A model generated the notes under the pieces. That model did no database searches, had not been told where the DNA came from, and saw only the letters and a list, made by a program, of their open reading frames with translations. This document shows, in pieces, positions 19,109 through 29,285 of a stretch of DNA of 64,000 bases (within the stretch, counting starts at the first letter, position 1; the number at the start of each line of letters is the position of its first letter). The DNA is from a virus: positions 32,001 through 96,000 of the IMG/VR virus record IMGVR_UViG_3300017973_000001, one strand, 5' to 3'. Position numbers and translations under genes: made by a program.

Positions 19109-19300
19109 TTAACGTCCCCTTTTCTTCATTCTCTTGCTGAGAGTTTTCATTACTATCACACACTCATCTGAACAGATGTAAGTAGCAAAATCATTATGAA
19201 TTTGGTAAGTGTGTTTACCACAAACACCACATTCCCCGGCTTGCTCTACATTGTAAGTCAATACTTCTGACTTGTTTTTTAATATAGCTTTATTCTCCAT
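19109..19300 (-). CDS. small zinc-finger protein
   Basis: CGVC...CSDEC; AGGGGG RBS. Confidence 0.55.
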   Translation of the reverse strand: MENKAILKNKSEVLTYNVEQAGECGVCGKHTYQIHNDFATYICSDECVIVMKTLSKRMKKRGR

Positions 19301-19474
19301 AATGTACTGACCCCCTAGAATAAGTTAAGCCCCATTAAGGGGCCCCGGAAGAAAATAAAATCCACACATTAACTTATACTACTTAGTCAGCCTGGAAGTT
19401 AATTTTTATCATAAAATAAATTATTTTACGTTTTCTATGTATAAAATATTATTCGTTTGGCAATACTAATAATA

Positions 19475-19665
19475 CTGAAGAATGGTAACAAGTAAACTTT
19501 CTGAAGTGATCTGAGTTTGCTAATTGTTATTGGGTTATTATTTTGTTACCCTATTCCCTACCTAAAAATTTTTCTATCACTCCGTCCCCTCCTTAGACCT
19601 AAACTGCGTTATTGTGTGCAGAGCACATTAATGCATGGTCGAGAGGAGGAGGCTTTTTTATTTTT
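19475..19665 (+). ncRNA. candidate sigmaF/G-type promoter-driven structured RNA
   Basis: GTATA-15-GGCAATACTA at 19439-19468; two long stems; T-tract from 19654. Confidence 0.6.
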
Positions 19666-19744
19666 ATTCTATTAATATAGTAACCTATAAGTATACAAAA
19701 ACCCCTTAAAGGAACATTCCTCTAAGGGGTTTACTATTTTAATA

Positions 19745-20131
19745 TTAAGATAGACGGCCACTTATCATTTCGTCAGAAAATCTTTTTTCTAGCTCCTCAT
19801 TTTTACCAGTCTCTTTTTTAGGTATTTGAGGCTTAACTGGTTTTTGTGTCGGTGGCTTAATAGGTTTAGTCTTAGGTTGCTCCACTTCCTCCATAATTTC
19901 TATATCAGTATTGTTACTTAATATATTTTGGATAAAGTCATTATGATTATTCTTAATCTCAAAACCACGGTATTTTAACCCGTCATAGAGAAGATCACGG
20001 ACAAACTCACTCAACTCACCTTTAGGTAGGTTATCAAGAATTGACACTAGCTCTTTATCTCGTACACTTCTAAGTGAGAAAGAAAAGATTGGACTTCTTT
20101 TCCCACCGTCAGCAGTTTTTTGGTTAGCCAT
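19745..20131 (-). CDS. ParR-like ribbon-helix-helix adaptor
   Basis: FSFSLR..D.EL..ILD.LP..ELSEFVRDLL; directly downstream of ParM-like gene. Confidence 0.75.
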   Translation of the reverse strand: MANQKTADGGKRSPIFSFSLRSVRDKELVSILDNLPKGELSEFVRDLLYDGLKYRGFEIKNNHNDFIQNILSNNTDIEIMEEVEQPKTKPIKPPTQKPVKPQIPKKETGKNEELEKRFSDEMISGRLS

Positions 20132-20145
20132 GATAACCCTCCTAT

Positions 20146-21204
20146 TTATGATTTTTTACGTGATTTTCCGTAAGTTTCTCTTGCAGAACGGTTAGCTAAT
20201 TTATGGTACCCACGAACACATGAGAATCTACCTTCATTAACGATTTCAGCTCTAGGGAAGTTTGCTTTTAATATTGGAGTTATGTACTTACGTAGTACGT
20301 CACAACCTCCCCCAGTAAGAATAATAGTGTCGATTTCACTCTTAATATGGATTAACTTTTTGTCGAGTTCACCTACTAAACTTTGAGCATGAATTTGATA
20401 ATTCTCCTCAACAATTTTTCTAATATCAGTATCATTTGAGATAAATCCGGATTGAACGTATTGTGGGATACGTGCAATATTTATGCTTTTACCATAATTA
20501 ATTTCAATGTCGCTTTGAATACCGAGCCACGCTTCATACATACCTTCGTTAAGCGTTGTATTAATTTCCGGGATTGGTGTAAATCCTCTTGAAGCAGTTA
20601 AATTCCATGTACGAGCGCCTAAATCAAATACTATAGTAATTTTTGATAATTCTACACTGTCGGTAACAGAGCCATCATCTTGCAGTAGATAATTAGCAGT
20701 AGTACCAAAAGCCTGGTCCGTTATGAATGTCTTTTTAATATTTATAGCTTTTTGAATAATTGTCCCGTCAGCTAAAGTTACTTTCATTTCATGTGGTTTC
20801 TCAGTAAGTTTTTTTAATAATGCTATACGTTCCGGTACATATTGTTTAACTGGTAAGCCCATTACTAGTACATCTATGTCATCTTGATCCGGACCATTTT
20901 CTGTTAATAGCGTTAGCATTGTTTTAAACAGTGGGTCAAAATCATTTGCAAAATTATGTTTATTTTCTACGCCTTGCCACTTAGCTTTAGGGTTAAGATT
21001 TTGTGCTCCATACCCTACTAGCTTTCTAATATCATCACCGTATTCTACAGTTATATGGCTATGAGGCTCACTATAATCTCCGTCAATACCATTGTCTGGT
21101 TTTGGTACGAATTTGTGTACAAAATTAGGTAAAAATATCTCTAAATCGCCCTTTTTTCCTTTGAAATCTCCAAAGCCATCATCAATCCCAAGCACATTAT
21201 ACAT
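20146..21204 (-). CDS. parM: ParM/StbA-family actin-like segregation ATPase
   Basis: actin motifs GIDDGFGDFK, MGLP, FDLGARTWN, ILTGGG. Confidence 0.9.
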   Translation of the reverse strand: MYNVLGIDDGFGDFKGKKGDLEIFLPNFVHKFVPKPDNGIDGDYSEPHSHITVEYGDDIRKLVGYGAQNLNPKAKWQGVENKHNFANDFDPLFKTMLTLLTENGPDQDDIDVLVMGLPVKQYVPERIALLKKLTEKPHEMKVTLADGTIIQKAINIKKTFITDQAFGTTANYLLQDDGSVTDSVELSKITIVFDLGARTWNLTASRGFTPIPEINTTLNEGMYEAWLGIQSDIEINYGKSINIARIPQYVQSGFISNDTDIRKIVEENYQIHAQSLVGELDKKLIHIKSEIDTIILTGGGCDVLRKYITPILKANFPRAEIVNEGRFSCVRGYHKLANRSARETYGKSRKKS

Positions 21205-21250
21205 ATTAAATCCCTCCGGTTTTTAAAATACTAAACTACTTACAGTTAAA

Positions 21251-21279
21251 TATTACCATCTGTAAAACTAGTAATCAAG
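21251..21279 (-). promoter_or_regulatory. sigmaA promoter of parMR
   Basis: TTGATT-17-TAATAT with extended TG. Confidence 0.6.
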
Positions 21280-21304
21280 CTTTTTTATTGGTTAAACCTA
21301 TAAA

Positions 21305-21442
21305 ACTTATAAACTTTTTAATAATATGTTTTATTTTTACAATGAAAAAACTAAGAAAGTTTATAACATGTTATGAAAAAGTTTATAACATTTATGAACA
21401 TGTTATGAAAAGTTATAAACTTTTATGAATATATTCATAAAA
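21305..21442. repeat. parC-like centromere (TTATRAM repeats at ~10-bp spacing)
   Basis: copies at 21361, 21371, 21383, 21392, 21403, 21413, 21423 and inverted at 21434; upstream of parMR promoter. Confidence 0.7.
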
Positions 21443-21534
21443 ACTATTAACATTGGAGCTTTAAACCTACAAAATGCCTAACTAATACGTGGGTATATTG
21501 TCTAATCTAAGTTAGAAGTAGGGGAGGGGGTACT

Positions 21535-21909
21535 ATGTTGAAATTCAATCCATTCTCTAGCATTAGTAGTGTAGAAAAAGTAGGGATATGTTCTCTAACA
21601 ATTTGGTGGGGGCTTATATCGATCTTGCCGTTAGGGAAACTATTAAGTGAGCCATACTACACTCTATTAGCTGAGGTCAAAGACACTGGTTTTCTAGTAA
21701 TGATATTAGGTCTATTACTTCTGTATTCATTTTTAAATCATAAAAGAAAACTAGAAAAGTTCTGCTTACTATTTCTCACTTTTTACTGGTTTTATGTCGC
21801 CAAACTAGTAAATATCGAGGAAACATTTTTTATGCCTAGCACCATCTATCTGTTAATTGGTCTAGTAACAAGTTATTTATACGTCAAAGTGGGGGTGTTG
21901 GAGAAATGA
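21535..21909 (+). CDS. four-TM membrane protein of lysis cassette
   Basis: hydrophobic segments; context. Confidence 0.6.
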   Translation: MLKFNPFSSISSVEKVGICSLTIWWGLISILPLGKLLSEPYYTLLAEVKDTGFLVMILGLLLLYSFLNHKRKLEKFCLLFLTFYWFYVAKLVNIEETFFMPSTIYLLIGLVTSYLYVKVGVLEK

Positions 21910-22253
21910 AACTAGATAGCACAGTTGTTAGCGCTCTATTTGGAGCTTCGGGAGTCGTTGTTACTAGCTTAGTAGGATTGATAGTAACAAAGGTCAATAA
22001 CAAGAAAGACGTTAAACTCTCAACAAGCGAGCGACTGTCTAACGATCAAACACAATTCTACGAAATGGTCATGAATGAAATTAAAGAAGTAAAAAAACGA
22101 GCTGACGAGGTTGAGCAAGAACTTGTACAGTGGCGTGAGGAAGCATTACAACTACGGATAGAAAACAAATCTCTTAAAAATAGGGTGGAAGAACTTGAAA
22201 AACTGATTACAAAATATCAAAAGGGAGAGATCAAAAATGAAACATATTCTTAA
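21906..22253 (+). CDS. TM plus coiled-coil lysis accessory protein
   Basis: N-terminal TM, long coiled coil, upstream of holin and endolysin. Confidence 0.6.
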   Translation: MKLDSTVVSALFGASGVVVTSLVGLIVTKVNNKKDVKLSTSERLSNDQTQFYEMVMNEIKEVKKRADEVEQELVQWREEALQLRIENKSLKNRVEELEKLITKYQKGEIKNETYS

Positions 22254-22473
22254 AGAAGGTTTTTCAATCAATGAAGCTAAGTTTTCAGTGATTGTTCTAA
22301 TGACGTTAATTACGTTTGGTATAACGTTATACCAATTATTCAGTATAGGGCATATTACTAAGTCTTTACTGGACTTATTACAGTACCTATTGATGACTTT
22401 ATTTGGAGTGAATGTTGCAAATGGAGTTACTGGCGCTATATCAGATTTTAATAGCAATAAAGACGATAATTAA
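22237..22473 (+). CDS. holin-like two-TM protein
   Basis: 78 aa, two TMs, directly before endolysin. Confidence 0.65.
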   Translation: MKHILKEGFSINEAKFSVIVLMTLITFGITLYQLFSIGHITKSLLDLLQYLLMTLFGVNVANGVTGAISDFNSNKDDN

Positions 22474-22518
22474 CTTTCTACCTATACTAACGTATAAGAT
22501 TAATAGGAGGGGATTAAT

Positions 22519-23262
22519 ATGACGTTTAATATGAAATATAACATCAACAAAGATTACATAGCTAAGGGTACTATGAAACGCCCTGGAAATGGGATTAAAG
22601 TACAATTTATCGTGGCTCATGACACTGGGAACCCTGGTTCAACTGCTCAAAATAACGTAGATTACTATAAACGTGTTGCTAATGAGTCTTATGCTTCAGC
22701 TCATATTTTCGTAGATGATAAGCAAATTCTTGAGTGTATCCCGGCTTTAACTGGTCCTACAGAAAGGGCTTATCACGTAATCTATGATGTTACTAAAGAT
22801 AATGAGTTATTTGGTGTTGACGCAAATGATGGGGCGATTGGAGTAGAGTTTTGCTATGGAAATGGCATTAATTTTACTGAAGCTTACAAGAAGTATGTAT
22901 GGGTTATTGCTTACATCTGCTTTAAGTTTAACATTGACCCACGTAAGAAAATTACTGGCCATTTCATCTTGGACCCGGCTCGTAAAACAGACCCGGTAGG
23001 GGGGCTGAAATTTGGTGGAAAGACTTTCCCACAATTTTTAGCTGATGTAGTTACTGAGTACAATAACTGTATCATTCCGGATCAACAAGTAAAGCCAATA
23101 CCTCAACCAACTGGTGTAACTTATAAAATTCAAAAAGATGATACATTTTGGGGAATAGCTACACGTTTACATATGAATGTAAATGACTTAATGAAGTTAA
23201 ACCCAGGTGTTGATCCTAAAAAGTTATCAGAAGGTATGGAGATTATCATTGGAAAAAAGTAG
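22519..23262 (+). CDS. endolysin: N-acetylmuramoyl-L-alanine amidase (Amidase_2) plus LysM
   Basis: VAHDTGN, SAHIFVDD, AYH, IGVEFC, GH...KTDP; LysM YKIQKDDTFWGIA...LMKLNP. Confidence 0.93.
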   Translation: MTFNMKYNINKDYIAKGTMKRPGNGIKVQFIVAHDTGNPGSTAQNNVDYYKRVANESYASAHIFVDDKQILECIPALTGPTERAYHVIYDVTKDNELFGVDANDGAIGVEFCYGNGINFTEAYKKYVWVIAYICFKFNIDPRKKITGHFILDPARKTDPVGGLKFGGKTFPQFLADVVTEYNNCIIPDQQVKPIPQPTGVTYKIQKDDTFWGIATRLHMNVNDLMKLNPGVDPKKLSEGMEIIIGKK

Positions 23263-23510
23263 AGGAATATATTAGGCCAACTGAAGCAAGTTCGCCTTTT
23301 ATAGTAAAAGAAGTACCGTACCCAGGAGACTTGAGAAAAGGCTCTAGAGGGGAGGGTGTTAAGTTACTTCAGCAGTACTTAGGAGCTGAACCGGATGGTA
23401 TATTTGGACCTAAGACTGAGAAGTTGCTTATTACCTACAAGAAAAGGGAAAGAATGAAGGACGTTAGTGGAGTTCTTAATTTCATGACCTGGTACAAGCT
23501 TGTTAAATAA
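23253..23510 (+). CDS. -1 frame extension of endolysin encoding a PG_binding_1-type domain
   Basis: open -1 frame after A_AAA_AAG reads ...LRKGSRGEGVKLLQQYLGAEPDGIFGPKTEK...TWYKLVK*. Confidence 0.8.
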   Translation, partial: KKVEEYIRPTEASSPFIVKEVPYPGDLRKGSRGEGVKLLQQYLGAEPDGIFGPKTEKLLITYKKRERMKDVSGVLNFMTWYKLVK

Positions 23511-23522
23511 TAAATACCCACC

Positions 23523-23750
23523 TTAATCGGTGGGTATTTTAAAATCTTCTAGAACTGTTCTAACCACAGATATGTCATAACCTAGATGTGGCTCATAAGA
23601 TATTACATACGTATGTTGGTTTTTAAACCTAAGAAAAGTTTTTTTACGTCCTATCCTATGGATAACCTCAGAATTGTTTACTTCATATAGAATACGGTTA
23701 ATACACTGTATCCTATCCTCAATAATATTAACTCTTTGGTTATACCTCAT
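23523..23750 (-). CDS. hypothetical protein
   Basis: last ORF of leftward region. Confidence 0.45.
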   Translation of the reverse strand: MRYNQRVNIIEDRIQCINRILYEVNNSEVIHRIGRKKTFLRFKNQHTYVISYEPHLGYDISVVRTVLEDFKIPTD

Positions 23751-23778
23751 AATCGCATGATCGCCTATCCAAAGTTGT

Positions 23779-24663
23779 TCAAAGACACTCCTTTGATTGT
23801 TTTTCTATTTCTTTAACAAATAGCATGGAAATGTCCGGGTTAAATACTTTTTGAGCTTCTACAATACTACGCATAGTCCTAACAAGGCCATGTTGTTGTA
23901 CACTGCTCGCTAAAAGGTCTATTGCTTCATCACTTCTTAATTCAATATCTGCAAATTCTTTAATAAATCCGATTACATCTAAAAAGTCTTTTGTTTCTTT
24001 TAATTTCCCAGTATCAGAAGGTGCTATATCTAAAGGTGCAAGGTCAATTTTATTTATATTTTTTCTTTTTGAGTTATCGATACCGATTGTGCTAAGTTCC
24101 ATTTCATTTCGATTATTAATCTTATGGAAACTAGCTTTGATTAGATCGCCTTCCTCAAAGTATTCATGAATATCAGCTATATATGCGTCCTTAATACGTG
24201 ATACATGGACTAATCCTTGATATTTACCATCTAACGTTTTACATACTGCTCCAACATTAGTGAGTACTTTTACAACTTTTAAATCCAATAATTGTCCGTA
24301 GTAGAAAGGGGGCTTGTCAAAAGGTTTACTGTTGGTATCTTCTGAAGATTTATCTTTCAATGACTTGTTTTCTGTACTATAAACGACTTCTCTTTCATCA
24401 ACTTGATTATCTAGTTCGTTATCTAGTGGTGTATCAGTAGAATCATCATCTTTATACAAAAGTTCTTTGACGTTTAAGTCTTTATATATTCTGTAATAGT
24501 AGTAATTTACGTTTGCATACTGCATGTCATATTTAGTACATAGCCCACGGATGAAGTCAACACTAGTCATTTTATTTGTACCTTCAACCAGTGATATTAA
24601 ATAATCGTGAATTTCTTTTTTTAATTCTTCTTTTACTTTTTGTGAAAGCCTATTAGTTGCCAT
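23779..24663 (-). CDS. S1 RNA-binding domain protein
   Basis: GQLLDLKVVKV...GA......GLVHVSRI...YI.DI.EYFEEGDLI; AAGGAG RBS. Confidence 0.8.
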   Translation of the reverse strand: MATNRLSQKVKEELKKEIHDYLISLVEGTNKMTSVDFIRGLCTKYDMQYANVNYYYYRIYKDLNVKELLYKDDDSTDTPLDNELDNQVDEREVVYSTENKSLKDKSSEDTNSKPFDKPPFYYGQLLDLKVVKVLTNVGAVCKTLDGKYQGLVHVSRIKDAYIADIHEYFEEGDLIKASFHKINNRNEMELSTIGIDNSKRKNINKIDLAPLDIAPSDTGKLKETKDFLDVIGFIKEFADIELRSDEAIDLLASSVQQHGLVRTMRSIVEAQKVFNPDISMLFVKEIEKQSKECL

Positions 24664-24726
24664 ACTGTGCTCCTTTGTAAACACTTTGAAGTTTTTAAAT
24701 TTTTACATAATAAAAAGGGCTATGTG

Positions 24727-24945
24727 CTATAAGCCCTTTTTCATTGATTTTCGGCCATCATTAAACAACTCAAGTTGTTCATTGATCTGTTTGCCGGCCT
24801 CATCCCATGCTGTTTTATAAACGGCAATATGATTTTCGCTTTCTTCAACTTCCACGCTAATTCCGGCATGGAATTGAATTGACTCATAGTTAGGGAGAGA
24901 TTTCTTATAAGTTACCGATACGTTTATGTTGTTTACTTTAGCCAT
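24727..24945 (-). CDS. hypothetical protein
   Basis: GGAGG RBS before MAKVNN; LPNYES motif. Confidence 0.65.
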   Translation of the reverse strand: MAKVNNINVSVTYKKSLPNYESIQFHAGISVEVEESENHIAVYKTAWDEAGKQINEQLELFNDGRKSMKKGL

Positions 24946-25321
24946 GTTGTTCTTCCTCCAAGCAGTTATCACAAATATCAAATATATTAGTAGATTCTTC
25001 GCCACAATCGGGACAGAAAGTAATTGGGTAACTTTCAAAAATTGAGCATGAGATTCCTTCTTTAGTAAGAAGACCGTTTCCGGAAAAACTAGCTAATACC
25101 TTTTTTGAGTCGTTTGTATAAAAGGGTTTGCCAGTAGTGAACCAGTTTTTAAACTGCTCTACGCTCAAAAACTCGTTCTCGAAAAAGCCATAGAGCAATC
25201 CATTTTCCTCAAACTGAATAAGGTGGGGTAGACCTCTAGAGTAGTCTACCTTTTTTACCTTACCCCATTTCCCACTAAATTTAATAGAACAAGAGGGTAG
25301 AATAAATACCTTATTACTCAT
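24938..25321 (-). CDS. hypothetical protein with C-terminal zinc finger
   Basis: CPDC...CDNC. Confidence 0.6.
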   Translation of the reverse strand: MSNKVFILPSCSIKFSGKWGKVKKVDYSRGLPHLIQFEENGLLYGFFENEFLSVEQFKNWFTTGKPFYTNDSKKVLASFSGNGLLTKEGISCSIFESYPITFCPDCGEESTNIFDICDNCLEEEQHG

Positions 25322-25715
25322 TGGGTAGATCCTTTATAATTAAACGTTCAATACCTGGTGACTGAAGCCAGGCATGTTCTTTTAATTCATCAAGGTTTAT
25401 TACGCCACTGTCAATCGCTCCGACTAATTTTTCCTCATCAACAATTAATTTACCGAACTCTTTTAAAAATCCCTTTGATTCAAGATATTCTGCGACTTTA
25501 TCCATATCGAACTTAGAGTTATCGCTTACAGAAACCTGTACTCTAAAGTTACCAATATCGGTTTTAGGCTTACCCATTCGTTGCAAGATAGAGACTATAT
25601 ACGGTTTATGCTCCTTCAACCAATTTTGGTCCTCTTTCACTCGTTTGTTACGGTAGTTATATTGTTCAAGAATAGTTAAATCTTCGGGTGTATAGTTGGA
25701 AAATATTGAACTCAT
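25314..25715 (-). CDS. hypothetical protein
   Basis: AGGAGG RBS; phage promoter upstream. Confidence 0.65.
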   Translation of the reverse strand: MSSIFSNYTPEDLTILEQYNYRNKRVKEDQNWLKEHKPYIVSILQRMGKPKTDIGNFRVQVSVSDNSKFDMDKVAEYLESKGFLKEFGKLIVDEEKLVGAIDSGVINLDELKEHAWLQSPGIERLIIKDLPNE

Positions 25716-26087
25716 TTTATCCCTCCTAGTTGTACACTTAAAATATACGACTATGGAGTTTAAAATGTTAATTTACTAATGTAAATGCTGAAACAATGGT
25801 AAGGATAACTGATGTAATAGCTGAGTTAGTAGTTAAGTCTCTAAATATATCATTGTCTTTTGTGATCGCTAGTATGTGAAAAATAATACTCAACGAAACT
25901 AGTATAATTGCCAACACTAAGAATACCATAGACTTATACCCCTCCCTATAAGTCATAGTATAACCTAGCTTTTAGGCCAATACAAACAGAAGTTTGGAAA
26001 AATGAGGAATTTATTGAAGATTTTAGAAAAAGGGGTAGGAGAGGTTGTTAAATAATAAAATAGGGGGCAAAATGCCCCCAGTTAATA

Positions 26088-26366
26088 CTATAAAATGCTC
26101 TTTAATTTTTCGATTTCATTTTTAAGTATAAGTAGCCCTTCTGTACTGATTATATTTCCATTTGGTAGCTTTATACAATCTGAAGAAACTTTACCAGTAA
26201 TTACACAAGCAGATTCTTTTTCATATTTTCTAAGTACAATACTATCTTCATCTACAAACATTTCAATTGGATCACGGGGTTTTATTCCCCATGTTCTTCT
26301 CATTTCCATAGGTATTACAATTCTCCCAAGTTCGTCCATCTTACGGACTACTCCTGTTGCTTTCAT
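26088..26366 (-). CDS. abrB: AbrB-family transition-state regulator
   Basis: MKATGVVRKMDELGRIVIPMEMRR...IVLRKY...CVITG. Confidence 0.92.
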   Translation of the reverse strand: MKATGVVRKMDELGRIVIPMEMRRTWGIKPRDPIEMFVDEDSIVLRKYEKESACVITGKVSSDCIKLPNGNIISTEGLLILKNEIEKLKSIL

Positions 26367-26411
26367 TCTACTTCCTCTTTTCTACGTATGCTCCATGTTG
26401 TTATTTTAACA

Positions 26412-29186
26412 CTACTTATCTTTTCGGTGGGAAAGTAGATTTTTTAACTGTTTAGTATTTAATCTGATACCGACTTTATTATTTTCCTCGGTTGAATTAT
26501 ACAAGGTTACTTCATCTGCTTTATTATTATTCAGATACTCTAACATGTAATCTACGTATTTATACAGAAATTGGAAAATATGTACCTTTTTGTTATCTTT
26601 AAAAATATTAATAACAAATTTATCATCATGAAATTCTAGGTCATACTTAAACTCTTTATCTTCAACATCATTAATATATAAAATCATATATTATTCTCCT
26701 AATCTTAAATCCATATTTCAACAATAACTGGATCATCTACCTCAGAGCGATCCAACCTTGAAAATCGTCCATACGGAATAGACTTACGAACTTCTTCTAA
26801 ACTATCAGCTACAACATGGTATTTAGTAGGAAGGGGGGCTTCAAATAATCTAGCAACGTACTTACCAGGAAAATCTTTAGTATTAAAGTACACCGTAATA
26901 ATTGGTAGTTCAATTTTTGATAGGTCTAGTTCTGCGAAATTTGCTATTTGCATTGATGTACTCCTTAAATTTTATTTTCTAAATTAAATCGTAAGACTTA
27001 AATCCCTCTAACACTTTACCTAATCTATCTATTTCTAAGTTAAGTGCATAAATGCATGCTTGATGGCTTACTTGTGTAAGACCAATTTTTAGTTCATCTA
27101 TTGCCGTTTCTACATTTTTAATATCTTCCTTGATTTTTACGAAAAACTCATCTAGTTTTTCAAGTGCTTCAGTCTGATTTTTGACGTAAGCTACATTCTT
27201 ATCTTTAACATATAATATTTTAGAGCCACTACGTCCAACATAACTACGGCTATATTCGATTCTACCTACAATCTTATCACCACTGAGTATACTCCATTCA
27301 TCTTCGTGTTCTTTCCGTACCTTTAAATCCATTATTATTCAGCTCCTTACTTCTTAACTGGTGGGATAATTTTTTCCATACCTTCTAGTTTTGAATCATC
27401 ATACTGATCCATAGCCCTCATAACTTTAAGGTATTGAGTGTCTATTCCTTCACGTTTCATGTATAAAAGGGAACCGGCACATAATTCATTACCTTGTTTT
27501 GGTTTGAATTTCTCCCCATGCTCACCCTTAGTATAATCAATGGTCTTATGACAGAAGAAATGTCCGTTGTTCTCTAAATCATGTACAATATCTTTTAAAC
27601 GGTTTTCATGTAATGTTTCATTAGTGAGGCTATCTTTTACAAAAGGGCAGTCCTTACACGGAGTCTTTAAGTTAAACATTGTAACGTCTCCTTTTTAATC
27701 TAAGTGTTCCTCTAAGTCTGAGTAAAGCTCTTGAATACTTTGTGTAATAGCTTCTAGCTTTTCAACCATTTCAGCATAAGCCTCAGCTTTTTCTTCATTA
27801 CCTTTTTCATCATAGTCATTAGCTTTATCGCTTAATTCACTGATAAACTCCTCAACATCTAGGTCATTAAATTGTGATAATTGTTCTTTCCAAATCTTTA
27901 TTACTTTATTAAGGTCTGACTTATTTAATTGAGCCATTTATTCTTCCACCTTTACCCATAATTTATCACTGGTAATTAGTTGGTATTTCTCAACTAAACC
28001 AATATATACCTTTTCCATTAGTTCTGCAATCTGAGTGTATTTTTTAGGAATATCGTAATCATAAGAATAATCTACACATTTACTAGGGTTTTCGTATTCC
28101 CCTAAAAAGGTAAGTCTAGCACTGTGCATGTACGTTGTCCCTTTTGCTTTTAGTGAGAATTTATCATTAACTCTGTAAGAGAGGTATACATATTCTCTAG
28201 CTAATTGAACCTTTACACCCTCGATTTCTAGCTCTCCCTCAATAGTATTCATGTATTCATAGTAACTCAGTCCACCAAAACGTTCACGATTCCCCATATC
28301 TATAAGCTCCTCCATCATACGTTCAACACTACGAGCTTCTTGTAGTAGGATAGTTCTTTTTTCAGCTAATTCCAGGTACCTTTCTTTTAAGCTACTCAAT
28401 ACTTTCCCTCCTAAAAATTCTCATTAAATGTAATTATAGTATCTAAATCAGATGTACCTTCAACCTTTCTTTGTGTTTCTTTATTTAGGTTGTCGAAACC
28501 AATTTTTACAATTTCAATTTCATCTTTTCTAAGAATTTCACCTACATGGTGGGTAAGATAATCTTCAATTTCTTCATATGCTACTACTCTAACTTTATTT
28601 GTGCCTTCAAGTGTATTAAAATCGTGAATTATTCCTTCTCTTGACGATCTTACATTTACAAGTGCAAGTATGCCTTTTGCAAAGCTATTTATTTCTTCAT
28701 TTCCCTCAACTAAATACTCAAATCCTTTTACTAGTTCCATTTAAAACTCTCCAATCAATATTTTTTCTCTCTTACTCGGACTGTAAGACCTTCCATTTTT
28801 ACATCTTTATCACCATAAATATAATAATCATTACCGTTATGCTCAACCCTTGAAGTACGCCAAATTTTCTTATAATCCTCGATTACCATATACTCAATAC
28901 CTTCACCACTTGTATAGTAGTCGTCCATATCAGTGATCCAATATCGGCCATCTTCTTTTTGAAATAGGGTACCAGTATGAATTACCTTTCTAGTGAAGTA
29001 TTCTAACGTATGGTTTATATCAAAAAGTTTATCTACAATAGTTTCATACTCACTTGCTAGCTGACGCTCATTAGGGCTACTAGTATTATACTGAATGTTG
29101 TCGGTATAACCATCCATTCCTCTATCAATTTGTTTAATAAGTGTAGATATTTTAGCAAGATTTAACTTCAAATCCTCTAGTTTCAT
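26412..29186 (-). other. cluster of eight small hypothetical CDS (26412-26687, 26705-26953, 26979-27332, 27347-27679, 27695-27937, 27938-28399, 28411-28740, 28755-29186)
   Basis: tightly packed, same strand, GGAG-type RBSs; 27347-27679 has a CxxCPF...CHK...CAG pattern. Confidence 0.7.
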
Positions 29187-29285
29187 TTTTGCTCCTCCTT
29201 ATTAAGTTCTAGTTTTAATATTACACATGGTAAACGAAATTCCTTCTCGATACAACCACCACCTTACCATAAATAAAAAAGGCCA

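Noticed and set aside
23260-23304. Stop-codon read-through of the endolysin TAG
   Set aside because: The 0 frame stops again after 13 codons; the domain is in the -1 frame
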